Below, piece after piece: positions 1-8,745 of a stretch of DNA of 32,000 bases. Made by a program: the position numbers and the translations under genes. Each line of letters opens with the position of its first letter. Positions within the stretch are counted from its first letter, which is position 1. The DNA is from Mycobacterium tuberculosis H37Rv (GTDB taxonomy: Bacteria; Actinomycetota; Actinomycetes; Mycobacteriales; Mycobacteriaceae). Where the stretch lies: NCBI RefSeq assembly GCF_000195955.2, contig NC_000962.3:600001-632000 (forward strand), written 5' to 3'. The notes beneath the pieces were generated by a model. That model saw only the letters and a list, made by a program, of their open reading frames with translations. It did no database searches and was not told where the DNA came from.

Positions 1-101
1 CGCCCGGCCAGTCAGATGCTTCGGCCGTTCGCGCCGCGCCGATTGGTTCGCGCCTTGTTGCTGCCGTCCGGCCAGCACCCGTCAGCGACTGGCGCCCATG
101 A
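1..101 (+). CDS. mmpL2: 3' end (33 codons) of a gene running off the left edge; by recalled M. tuberculosis gene order this would be the RND-type transporter mmpL2 (Rv0507)
   Basis: The frame is open from nt 3 to TGA 99-101, and the stop overlaps the next start as ATGA (98-101). There is no diagnostic motif in the visible tail. Identity rests on synteny memory only. Confidence 0.4.
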
Positions 102-391
102 GTAGGCCCCAGGTGGAGCTTTTGACTCGCGCCGGGTGCGCGATCTGCGTGCGGGTAGCGGAGCAGCTGGCCGAACTGTCCAGCGAACTGGGCTTCGACA
201 TGATGACGATCGACGTCGATGTCGCGGCGTCGACGGGCAATCCAGGGCTGCGAGCTGAGTTTGGCGATCGGTTGCCGGTGGTCCTGCTGGACGGCCGCGA
301 GCACAGCTACTGGGAGGTCGACGAGCACCGGCTGCGTGCGGATATAGCCCGCAGCACATTTGGTAGCCCACCTGATAAACGTCTACCGTAG
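98..391 (+). CDS. Glutaredoxin/thioredoxin-fold small protein (Rv0508-like)
   Basis: ORF track 98-391 (97 aa). It has an N-terminal CxxC-type motif, RAGCAICV, and LPVVLLDG later, typical of glutaredoxin-like (DUF836-type) proteins. It lies directly upstream of hemA. Confidence 0.75.
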
Positions 392-440
392 ACACCAGTT
401 TTACTGGGGTAGTCGAGGGAGCTGGCCAGGTGGTGCTGCC

Positions 441-1847
441 GTGAGCGTGCTGCTCTTCGGGGTGTCGCATCGTAGCGCGCCGGTCGTCGTCCTTGAACAA
501 CTCAGTATCGACGAATCCGATCAAGTCAAGATCATCGACCGAGTGCTGGCTTCGCCGCTGGTGACCGAGGCGATGGTGCTGTCGACTTGCAACCGCGTCG
601 AGGTCTACGCCGTAGTGGACGCGTTCCATGGCGGCCTGTCGGTGATCGGGCAGGTGCTTGCCGAACACTCCGGTATGTCGATGGGGGAGCTGACCAAGTA
701 CGCATATGTCCGCTACAGCGAGGCAGCAGTTGAGCACCTGTTCGCGGTTGCCAGCGGCCTGGACTCGGCGGTGATCGGCGAGCAGCAGGTGCTTGGTCAG
801 GTGCGCCGCGCCTATGCCGTCGCCGAATCCAACCGCACGGTCGGCCGCGTGCTGCACGAATTGGCCCAGCGGGCGCTGTCGGTGGGCAAGCGAGTGCACT
901 CCGAAACCGCCATTGACGCTGCCGGTGCCTCCGTGGTGTCGGTCGCCCTGGGAATGGCCGAGCGCAAATTGGGCTCGTTGGCGGGCACGACCGCGGTGGT
1001 GATCGGCGCCGGGGCGATGGGCGCGCTGTCGGCGGTACATCTGACCCGTGCCGGCGTCGGGCACATTCAGGTGCTCAACCGGTCGTTGTCCCGGGCGCAG
1101 CGGTTGGCCCGAAGGATCCGCGAATCTGGCGTGCCGGCCGAGGCGCTAGCGCTCGACCGCCTGGCTAATGTCCTGGCCGATGCCGACGTGGTGGTCAGCT
1201 GTACTGGGGCGGTGCGTCCGGTGGTGTCGCTGGCCGATGTGCATCATGCGCTGGCCGCCGCCCGCCGTGACGAGGCCACCCGTCCGTTGGTGATATGCGA
1301 CTTGGGCATGCCGCGTGACGTCGATCCTGCGGTGGCCAGATTACCGTGTGTGTGGGTCGTGGACGTGGATAGCGTGCAACATGAACCCTCGGCACATGCC
1401 GCGGCTGCCGACGTTGAGGCCGCCCGCCACATCGTCGCCGCCGAAGTTGCCAGCTATCTGGTGGGGCAGCGGATGGCCGAGGTCACCCCAACCGTGACGG
1501 CGTTGCGCCAGCGAGCCGCCGAAGTGGTCGAAGCGGAATTGCTGCGCCTGGACAACCGGCTGCCCGGCCTGCAGAGTGTCCAGCGCGAGGAGGTGGCCCG
1601 CACCGTACGGCGAGTCGTGGACAAGCTGTTGCACGCGCCTACCGTGCGGATCAAGCAGCTCGCCAGTGCGCCCGGCGGTGACAGCTACGCCGAGGCGCTG
1701 CGCGAACTCTTCGAGCTTGACCAGACCGCCGTCGATGCCGTCGCCACTGCAGGTGAATTACCGGTGGTGCCAAGCGGATTCGACGCTGAAAGTCGCCGCG
1801 GTGGAGGCGACATGCAAAGCAGCCCGAAGCGATCGCCGAGTAACTGA
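441..1847 (+). CDS. hemA: Glutamyl-tRNA reductase
   Basis: It lies within ORF 360-1847. I place the start at in-frame GTG 441 ([14 protein letters not shown], 468 aa), with AGGTGG upstream. Hallmarks are the catalytic-Cys motif [10 protein letters not shown] and the Rossmann motif VIGAGAMG. Confidence 0.93.
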
Positions 1848-1856
1848 TTGGCGCAC

Positions 1857-2786
1857 GTGATCCGGATAGGTACCCGGGGCAGCTTGCTGGCCACCACTCA
1901 GGCCGCCACTGTCAGAGACGCCCTCATCGCTGGTGGCCACTCCGCGGAGTTGGTGACCATCAGCACCGAGGGTGACCGATCCATGGCGCCGATCGCCAGT
2001 CTCGGGGTTGGCGTCTTCACCACGGCGTTGCGCGAGGCGATGGAGGCAGGCCTCGTCGATGCGGCGGTGCATTCGTACAAGGATTTGCCGACTGCCGCCG
2101 ATCCAAGGTTCACGGTTGCGGCGATACCGCCGCGCAATGACCCCCGCGACGCGGTGGTAGCCCGTGACGGGCTGACGCTGGGGGAATTGCCGGTCGGATC
2201 GTTGGTGGGCACATCCTCGCCGCGGCGGGCCGCACAGCTTAGAGCATTGGGTCTCGGTTTGGAAATCCGCCCCCTACGAGGCAACCTAGATACCAGGTTG
2301 AACAAGGTAAGTAGCGGCGATCTTGACGCCATCGTGGTGGCCCGGGCTGGTCTGGCGCGGCTGGGCCGCCTCGATGACGTGACCGAGACGTTAGAGCCGG
2401 TGCAGATGTTGCCCGCGCCGGCTCAGGGCGCGCTCGCGGTCGAATGCCGCGCCGGCGACAGCCGGTTGGTGGCAGTGCTGGCGGAGTTGGATGACGCCGA
2501 CACGCGTGCGGCGGTCACCGCCGAGCGAGCCCTGCTTGCCGACCTGGAGGCAGGTTGCTCCGCACCGGTGGGAGCGATCGCAGAAGTGGTCGAGTCCATC
2601 GATGAGGACGGCCGTGTCTTCGAGGAGCTGTCGCTGCGCGGGTGCGTGGCGGCGCTGGACGGATCCGACGTGATCCGCGCGTCCGGCATCGGCAGTTGCG
2701 GTCGGGCACGGGAGCTGGGGCTCTCGGTCGCCGCGGAGCTGTTCGAGCTGGGCGCCCGGGAGCTGATGTGGGGAGTGCGGCATTAG
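1857..2786 (+). CDS. hemC: Porphobilinogen deaminase (hydroxymethylbilane synthase)
   Basis: ORF 1848-2786. Family motifs are [43 protein letters not shown] and the cofactor-Cys region [10 protein letters not shown]. The start is GTG 1857 (309 aa) or TTG 1848, which abuts the hemA stop. Confidence 0.93.
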   Translation: MIRIGTRGSLLATTQAATVRDALIAGGHSAELVTISTEGDRSMAPIASLGVGVFTTALREAMEAGLVDAAVHSYKDLPTAADPRFTVAAIPPRNDPRDAVVARDGLTLGELPVGSLVGTSSPRRAAQLRALGLGLEIRPLRGNLDTRLNKVSSGDLDAIVVARAGLARLGRLDDVTETLEPVQMLPAPAQGALAVECRAGDSRLVAVLAELDDADTRAAVTAERALLADLEAGCSAPVGAIAEVVESIDEDGRVFEELSLRGCVAALDGSDVIRASGIGSCGRARELGLSVAAELFELGARELMWGVRH

Positions 2787-2818
2787 CCCGCATGAAGAAG
2801 TGACTGGGAGTGACAATC

Positions 2819-4516
2819 ATGACGCGAGGGCGTAAGCCGAGACCGGGCCGCATCGTTTTCGTGGGCTCCGGTCCGGGCGACCCCGGCTTGCTTACGACAC
2901 GGGCTGCCGCGGTGCTGGCCAACGCCGCGCTGGTGTTCACCGATCCCGACGTACCGGAGCCGGTGGTGGCGCTGATCGGCACGGATCTGCCCCCCGTGTC
3001 CGGCCCGGCGCCCGCCGAGCCGGTTGCCGGGAACGGCGATGCGGCCGGCGGAGGAAGTGCGCAGGAACACGGCCGGGCCGCGTCCGCGGTAGTCTCCGGT
3101 GGTCCTGACATCCGCCCGGCGCTGGGCGATCCCGCCGATGTGGCCAAGACGCTGACCGCCGAGGCCCGTTCGGGTGTCGACGTGGTGCGGCTGGTGGCGG
3201 GCGATCCGCTCACGGTGGATGCGGTAATCAGCGAGGTGAACGCCGTCGCACGCACCCACCTGCACATCGAAATCGTGCCCGGCCTGGCCGCCAGCAGCGC
3301 GGTCCCGACCTATGCCGGGTTGCCGCTGGGTTCGTCGCACACCGTCGCCGACGTGCGTATCGACCCCGAAAACACCGACTGGGACGCGCTGGCTGCCGCA
3401 CCCGGGCCGCTGATCCTGCAGGCCACCGCATCGCATCTAGCCGAATCGGCCCGCAGCCTGATCGATCACCAGCTGGCCGAGTCCACTCCGTGCGTGGTGA
3501 CCGCACACGGCACCACCTGTCAGCAGCGTTCGGTCGAGACCACACTTCAGGGATTGACCGACCCGGCCGTCCTGGGCGCTACCGACCCCGCGTGCTCCGC
3601 AAACGGGAGGGACTCCCAGGCCGGACCGCTGATAGTGACCATCGGCAAGACGGTGACCAGTCGGGCAAAGCTGAACTGGTGGGAGAGCCGCGCCCTCTAC
3701 GGCTGGACGGTGTTGGTGCCGCGCACCAAGGACCAGGCCGGCGAGATGAGCGAGCGGCTCACGTCGTACGGCGCGCTGCCGGTGGAGGTGCCGACCATCG
3801 CCGTCGAGCCGCCGCGCAGCCCCGCGCAGATGGAGCGCGCCGTCAAGGGCCTGGTCGATGGCCGATTCCAGTGGATCGTGTTCACCTCCACCAACGCGGT
3901 GCGTGCGGTGTGGGAGAAGTTCGGCGAGTTCGGTCTGGATGCCCGCGCGTTCTCCGGGGTGAAGATCGCCTGTGTCGGCGAGTCGACGGCCGACCGGGTG
4001 CGCGCCTTCGGAATCAGTCCCGAGCTGGTGCCCTCCGGGGAGCAGTCCTCGCTTGGCTTGCTAGACGACTTCCCGCCCTACGACAGCGTTTTCGACCCGG
4101 TGAACCGGGTTTTGCTGCCGCGCGCCGACATCGCCACCGAAACGCTGGCCGAGGGACTGCGAGAGCGTGGCTGGGAGATCGAGGACGTCACCGCCTACCG
4201 GACCGTGCGGGCCGCGCCGCCGCCGGCCACTACCCGGGAAATGATCAAGACGGGCGGGTTTGACGCGGTATGTTTCACCTCCAGCTCGACGGTGCGAAAC
4301 CTGGTCGGCATCGCCGGCAAGCCGCACGCGCGGACGATCATCGCCTGCATAGGGCCAAAGACCGCCGAGACCGCAGCCGAGTTCGGCTTGCGGGTCGATG
4401 TCCAGCCGGACACCGCCGCCATCGGCCCGCTGGTCGATGCGCTGGCCGAGCATGCCGCCCGGTTGCGCGCTGAGGGTGCGCTGCCCCCGCCGCGCAAGAA
4501 GAGCCGCAGGCGCTAG
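2819..4516 (+). CDS. hemD: Fusion protein: N-terminal tetrapyrrole SAM-methylase (SUMT-like) domain plus C-terminal uroporphyrinogen-III synthase
   Basis: ORF 2810-4516, with ATG 2819 and GGGAG about 9 nt upstream. The N-terminal half has VGSGPGDPGLLT, RLVAGDP and VPGLAASSAVPTYAGLP. The C-terminal half (from about VLVPRTKDQ) has HemD-like FTSTNAV, IACVGESTA and VCFTSSSTVRN. Confidence 0.88.
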   Translation: MTRGRKPRPGRIVFVGSGPGDPGLLTTRAAAVLANAALVFTDPDVPEPVVALIGTDLPPVSGPAPAEPVAGNGDAAGGGSAQEHGRAASAVVSGGPDIRPALGDPADVAKTLTAEARSGVDVVRLVAGDPLTVDAVISEVNAVARTHLHIEIVPGLAASSAVPTYAGLPLGSSHTVADVRIDPENTDWDALAAAPGPLILQATASHLAESARSLIDHQLAESTPCVVTAHGTTCQQRSVETTLQGLTDPAVLGATDPACSANGRDSQAGPLIVTIGKTVTSRAKLNWWESRALYGWTVLVPRTKDQAGEMSERLTSYGALPVEVPTIAVEPPRSPAQMERAVKGLVDGRFQWIVFTSTNAVRAVWEKFGEFGLDARAFSGVKIACVGESTADRVRAFGISPELVPSGEQSSLGLLDDFPPYDSVFDPVNRVLLPRADIATETLAEGLRERGWEIEDVTAYRTVRAAPPPATTREMIKTGGFDAVCFTSSSTVRNLVGIAGKPHARTIIACIGPKTAETAAEFGLRVDVQPDTAAIGPLVDALAEHAARLRAEGALPPPRKKSRRR

Positions 4517-4601
4517 TGGCCCACCCTCGTCAGGTGAGCGTGCGTGTCTGTACACCGACACGCCGACCGAGCTGGCATTTTGCGTACGCTCGCGGCTACG
4601 A

Positions 4602-5591
4602 ATGAGCATGAGTTCCTATCCGCGGCAGCGACCGCGCCGGCTCCGCTCCACCGTCGCGATGCGCCGTCTGGTTGCGCAAACCTCGTTGGAGCCAAGGCAT
4701 TTGGTGCTGCCGATGTTCGTTGCCGACGGCATTGACGAGCCGCGGCCGATTACCTCCATGCCGGGCGTGGTACAGCACACCCGGGATTCGCTACGTAGGG
4801 CCGCGGCAGCCGCGGTGGCCGCCGGCGTGGGTGGGCTGATGCTTTTCGGCGTGCCGCGCGACCAGGACAAGGACGGTGTCGGTTCGGCGGGCATCGACCC
4901 CGACGGGATCCTCAACGTCGCCCTTCGCGATCTGGCCAAGGACCTGGGTGAGGCCACGGTGTTGATGGCCGACACCTGTCTGGACGAGTTCACCGACCAC
5001 GGGCACTGCGGTGTGCTCGATGACCGGGGCCGGGTCGATAACGACGCCACCGTGGCCCGCTATGTGGAACTGGCTGTGGCGCAAGCGGAATCGGGCGCCC
5101 ACGTGGTCGGACCCAGTGGGATGATGGATGGCCAGGTAGCCGCGATCCGGGACGGTTTGGACGCCGCCGGCTACATCGATGTGGTGATCTTGGCCTACGC
5201 CGCGAAGTTTGCTTCGGCGTTCTACGGCCCGTTCCGCGAGGCGGTGAGCTCTAGCCTGTCCGGGGATCGGCGCACCTACCAGCAGGAGCCGGGCAACGCC
5301 GCCGAGGCGCTGCGTGAGATCGAGCTCGATCTCGACGAAGGCGCCGACATTGTGATGGTCAAACCCGCGATGGGCTACCTCGATGTGGTGGCGGCCGCGG
5401 CGGACGTCTCGCCGGTCCCGGTGGCCGCCTATCAGGTCTCGGGAGAGTACGCGATGATTCGTGCGGCGGCGGCCAATAATTGGATCGATGAGCGTGCCGC
5501 GGTGCTAGAGTCGCTGACCGGTATCCGGCGTGCCGGCGCCGACATCGTGCTCACCTACTGGGCGGTAGACGCGGCGGGCTGGCTTACGTGA
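4602..5591 (+). CDS. hemB: Delta-aminolevulinic acid dehydratase (porphobilinogen synthase)
   Basis: It lies within ORF 4398-5591, starting at ATG 4602 (MSMSSYPRQRPRRLR, 329 aa). Family motifs are LVLPMFV, the metal-site segment DTCLDEFTDHGHCG, the Schiff-base Lys region IVMVKPAMGYLD, and AYQVSGEYAM. Confidence 0.93.
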   Translation: MSMSSYPRQRPRRLRSTVAMRRLVAQTSLEPRHLVLPMFVADGIDEPRPITSMPGVVQHTRDSLRRAAAAAVAAGVGGLMLFGVPRDQDKDGVGSAGIDPDGILNVALRDLAKDLGEATVLMADTCLDEFTDHGHCGVLDDRGRVDNDATVARYVELAVAQAESGAHVVGPSGMMDGQVAAIRDGLDAAGYIDVVILAYAAKFASAFYGPFREAVSSSLSGDRRTYQQEPGNAAEALREIELDLDEGADIVMVKPAMGYLDVVAAAADVSPVPVAAYQVSGEYAMIRAAAANNWIDERAAVLESLTGIRRAGADIVLTYWAVDAAGWLT

Positions 5592-5603
5592 CGGAGGCCT
5601 GAC

Positions 5604-6152
5604 ATGACACCAACCGGGGATACCAAGCCCAAGTTGTTGTTCTACGAACCCGGCGCGAGCTGGTACTGGGTGCTGACTGGTCCGCTTGCGGCGGTGTCGG
5701 TGCTCCTCCTCGAGATATCCAGCGGCGCCGGGGTTGGGTTGATAACGCCGGCGATCTTTCTGGTGATGGTGTCGGCGTTCGTGGCATTGCAGGTGAAGGC
5801 GGCGCGGATTCACACGTCGGTCGAGCTGACGCATGATGCCTTGCGCCAAGGCACCGAGACCATCAGGCTGGCCGAAATCGTCAAAATCTATCCGGAGGCA
5901 GACGGCCGCGAGACGTCCGGGGAAGAGCCGGCAAAGTGGCAGTCGGCGCGGACCCTGGGCGAGCTCGTCGGCGTACCGCGCGGCCGGGTGGGAATCGGGC
6001 TGAAGCTGACCGGAGGCCGCACCGCCCAGGCCTGGGCGCGTCGTCATCAACAGCTGCGGGCGGCGCTGACTCCGCTGGTTCAGGAGCGGCTCGGGCCCGT
6101 GGATTCTGATGTCGCCGACGTCAACGGTGACGACGCCGGGCCAGCGCGGTGA
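5604..6152 (+). CDS. Conserved two-TM membrane protein of unknown function (Rv0513-like; DUF3093-type from memory)
   Basis: ORF 5604-6152 (182 aa), with GGAGG 8 nt upstream of the ATG. Hydrophobic helices are WYWVLTGPLAAVSVLLL and LITPAIFLVMVSAFVAL, followed by a charged soluble tail. Confidence 0.75.
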   Translation: MTPTGDTKPKLLFYEPGASWYWVLTGPLAAVSVLLLEISSGAGVGLITPAIFLVMVSAFVALQVKAARIHTSVELTHDALRQGTETIRLAEIVKIYPEADGRETSGEEPAKWQSARTLGELVGVPRGRVGIGLKLTGGRTAQAWARRHQQLRAALTPLVQERLGPVDSDVADVNGDDAGPAR

Positions 6153-6448
6153 TCGCCCGCTACCGGGCCGGGGCCGAACTGTTCCTGGCTTGTGCCGCGC
6201 TTGCCGGATCTGCGGCGAGCTGGTCGCGGACCCGCTCCACCGTGGCCGTCGCGCCCGTCATCGACGGCCAGCCGGTCACCCTGTCGGTGGTCTATCACCC
6301 GCAACCGTTGGTGCTGACCCTGCTGCTGGCGACGATCGCCGGCGTGTTGTCGGTGGTGGGGACGGCCAGGTTGCGGCGCGCGCGAGCTGGCTTGAACGCA
6401 CATCCGGACGGCTTGAACCAGCGTCCGCCCGGCGGTTGGTGTCATTGA
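6149..6448 (+). CDS. Small membrane protein of unknown function (Rv0514-like)
   Basis: ORF 6149-6448 (99 aa). Its GTG start overlaps the upstream stop (GTGA), which suggests translational coupling. Hydrophobic stretches are LFLACAALAGSAA and LVLTLLLATIAGVLSVVG. Confidence 0.65.
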   Translation: MIARYRAGAELFLACAALAGSAASWSRTRSTVAVAPVIDGQPVTLSVVYHPQPLVLTLLLATIAGVLSVVGTARLRRARAGLNAHPDGLNQRPPGGWCH

Positions 6449-6449
6449 G

Positions 6450-8065
6450 CCGTTTGCGTGGATCACTTCCGCTGCTGCTTGATCGGGCCCTGGTCTGTGT
6501 CGGCAGCGGCTGGTAGTATCGAAAGTATGTTCGATCAGGTGCGGGGGCGCATGCCTTCACCGGAGGCGATCGCTCATTTTGATGAGCGGTTTGAATGCCA
6601 TGCTCCGCGGACCACGAGGGTGTCGGCGGCGTTCATCGATCGGATCTGCTCGGCGACTCGGGCCGAAAACCGGGCCGCTGCGGCGCAGTTGGTGGCGTTG
6701 GGGGAGTTGTTCGCCTATCGGTGGTCGCGTTGCGGGGGCCGCGAGGAGTGGGTGATGGACACCATGGCGGCGGTGGCCGCCGAGGTGGCGGCGGCGTTGC
6801 GGATCAGTCAGGGTCTGGCGGCCAGCCGGTTGCGGTATGCGCGGGCGATGCGTGAGCGGCTGCCTAAGACGGCTGAGGTGTTTAGCGCCGGCGACATCGG
6901 CTATCTGATGTTTGCCACGATTGTGTATCGCACCGACTTGATCGTTGACCCTGATGTTTTGGCGGCGGTGGATGCGCAGTTGGCCGCCAATGTGGCGCGT
7001 TGGCCCTCGATGACCAAGGCCCGCCTGGCTGGGCAGGTCGATAAGATCGTGGCGCGTGCCGATGCCGATGCGGTGCGGCGGCGCAAGGAGTATCAGGCCC
7101 AGCGCCAGTTCTGGGTCGGGGAAAGCCAAGACGGTGTGTGCCAGATCGGTGGCAGCCTGTTGGCCGTCGACGCACACGCCCTCGATGCGCGGTTGAGCGC
7201 GTTGGCGGGCACCGTGTGTGAGCACGATCCGCGCAGCCGTGAGCAGCGCCGCGCGGACGCGTTGGGGGCGTTGGCGGGCGGGGCCGATCGGCTGGGCTGT
7301 GGCTGTGGGCGCGCTGATTGTGCGGCCGGGAAGCGGCCTGCGGCCCCGCCGGTGGTGATTCACCTGATCGCCGAGGCGGCCACGATCAATGGCACGGGCT
7401 CGGCGCCGGCATCGCAGATGAACGCCGACGGGCTGATCACCGCCGAACTGGTGGCCGAGCTGGCCAAGACGGCCACGCTGGTGCCGCTGGTTCATCCCGG
7501 CGATGCGCCGCCCGAGCCGGGGTATGCGCCGTCGAAAGCGCTCGCCGATTTCGTTCGCTGCCGGGATCTGACGTGTCGCTGGCCCGGCTGTGATGAGCCC
7601 GCCACCAATTGCGACCTGGATCATACGATCCCGTATGCCGCTGGTGGGCCCACCCATGCGTCGAACCTGAAATGTTACTGCCGTACCCATCACCTGGTGA
7701 AAACGTTTTGGGGATGGCGTGATCAACAGCTACCCGACGGCACCCTGATTTTGACCTCCCCGTCCGGGCATACCTATGTCAGCACCCCGGGCAGTGCGCT
7801 GCTGTTCCCCAGCTTGTGCCACTTCAGCGGCGGCATCCCGGCACCGGAAGCCGACCCACCCTACGACCATTGCGACCAGCGCACAGCGATGATGCCCAAA
7901 CGCCGGCGCACCCGCGCCCAAGACCGGGCCTATCGCATCGCCACCGAACGTCGACAAAACCACGCCGCCCGCCAGCGCGCCCAGGTGCTCACCCAGACCG
8001 CCGCGGCCACCGACACCCACGGCCCACCACCGGATCACAACGACGACCCACCGCCGTTTTAGGCT
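6450..8065 (+). repeat. REP13E12-family dispersed repeat copy (boundaries approximate) carrying the DUF222/HNH gene
   Basis: The encoded protein has the architecture of the M. tuberculosis 13E12 repeat family, and Rv0515 occupies this position in the recalled gene order. I cannot see the repeat ends without the paralogous copies. Confidence 0.45.
6551..8062 (+). CDS. 13E12 repeat family protein: DUF222 N-terminal region plus C-terminal HNH endonuclease motif (Rv0515-like)
   Basis: ORF 6458-8062. Candidate starts are ATG 6527 and ATG 6551; the latter has GCGGGGG upstream and would give 503 aa. The HNH/zinc region is CRWPGC...CDLDHTIPYAAGGPTHASNLKCYCRTHHLVKT (about 7571-7705). Confidence 0.8.
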   Translation: MPSPEAIAHFDERFECHAPRTTRVSAAFIDRICSATRAENRAAAAQLVALGELFAYRWSRCGGREEWVMDTMAAVAAEVAAALRISQGLAASRLRYARAMRERLPKTAEVFSAGDIGYLMFATIVYRTDLIVDPDVLAAVDAQLAANVARWPSMTKARLAGQVDKIVARADADAVRRRKEYQAQRQFWVGESQDGVCQIGGSLLAVDAHALDARLSALAGTVCEHDPRSREQRRADALGALAGGADRLGCGCGRADCAAGKRPAAPPVVIHLIAEAATINGTGSAPASQMNADGLITAELVAELAKTATLVPLVHPGDAPPEPGYAPSKALADFVRCRDLTCRWPGCDEPATNCDLDHTIPYAAGGPTHASNLKCYCRTHHLVKTFWGWRDQQLPDGTLILTSPSGHTYVSTPGSALLFPSLCHFSGGIPAPEADPPYDHCDQRTAMMPKRRRTRAQDRAYRIATERRQNHAARQRAQVLTQTAAATDTHGPPPDHNDDPPPF

Positions 8066-8535
8066 GACCTGCTGATTAGCGGTAGCACCAGCTGACGGCG
8101 GCGGTCGATGGCGTCAGCCAGGTCGTGGAGCGCTTTATGCACCGAGCGCGCCATCGGGAACATGGATTCATGCTCGCCCTGGTCACAGCGGCCACCTAGC
8201 TGTTCGACTACTGCGGGGCTCGCGACTAATGCCCACTGGACGCCGGCGGCTCGGCAGTCCTCATCGAGGATGCACAAGAGCGAGATGCCGGCCCCACTGA
8301 AGTGACTCAACTCGCTCAGGTCGAGCACCATCGGATTTGTTCCGAGGCTGAAACGCCGGACGTGCTCGCTGATCTGCTCGACATTGGCGGCGTCGATCTC
8401 GCCTCGGATGGTCACCACTGTCGCCAGGTGATGCAGGTAGGCCCGAATCTGAGCGCCACCGTAGTCAACGGCGGCATTTCCGGGCCGCGTCGTGACGCTG
8501 CAAGCCGATTTTGACGTCGGGATCGTGGTAGTCAT
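8059..8535 (-). CDS. STAS-domain anti-sigma-factor antagonist (anti-anti-sigma; Rv0516c-like)
   Basis: ORF 8059-8538. ATG 8535 (MTTTIPTSKS, 158 aa) has GAGG 6 nt upstream. A SpoIIAA-like pattern is present: VTIRGEIDAANVEQISEHV...LVLDLSELSHFSGAGISLL. The stop overlaps the Rv0515-like stop by 4 nt. Confidence 0.8.
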   Translation of the reverse strand: MTTTIPTSKSACSVTTRPGNAAVDYGGAQIRAYLHHLATVVTIRGEIDAANVEQISEHVRRFSLGTNPMVLDLSELSHFSGAGISLLCILDEDCRAAGVQWALVASPAVVEQLGGRCDQGEHESMFPMARSVHKALHDLADAIDRRRQLVLPLISRSA

Positions 8536-8745
8536 CAATAGCCTCGTTCTCCGTCGCGTTGCGGGCCGACCGATCGCCGGCTAAAGCTGCCTTTAACCAA
8601 ACCCGCAAAATCTAAGGGGAGCGAAAGCCGCCTCTAACTCTTTGCTAAGAAGCGATTTTCGGGGTGCTCCCGGCGACCCACGCCGTCGCGGCCATGGCGC
8701 TGTTAGGCTGCGATGGCTGCCGGTTGCTAGTCGGGGGCTGATGAT

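Noticed and set aside
12-1064. 350-aa ORF on the minus strand
   Set aside because: It is antisense to the glutaredoxin-like gene and to hemA, both of which have clear family motifs. The product is Arg/His/Gly-rich low complexity, as expected from high-GC antisense frames.
6557-7726. 389-aa ORF on the minus strand
   Set aside because: It is antisense to the DUF222/HNH gene, whose HNH motif fixes the coding strand.
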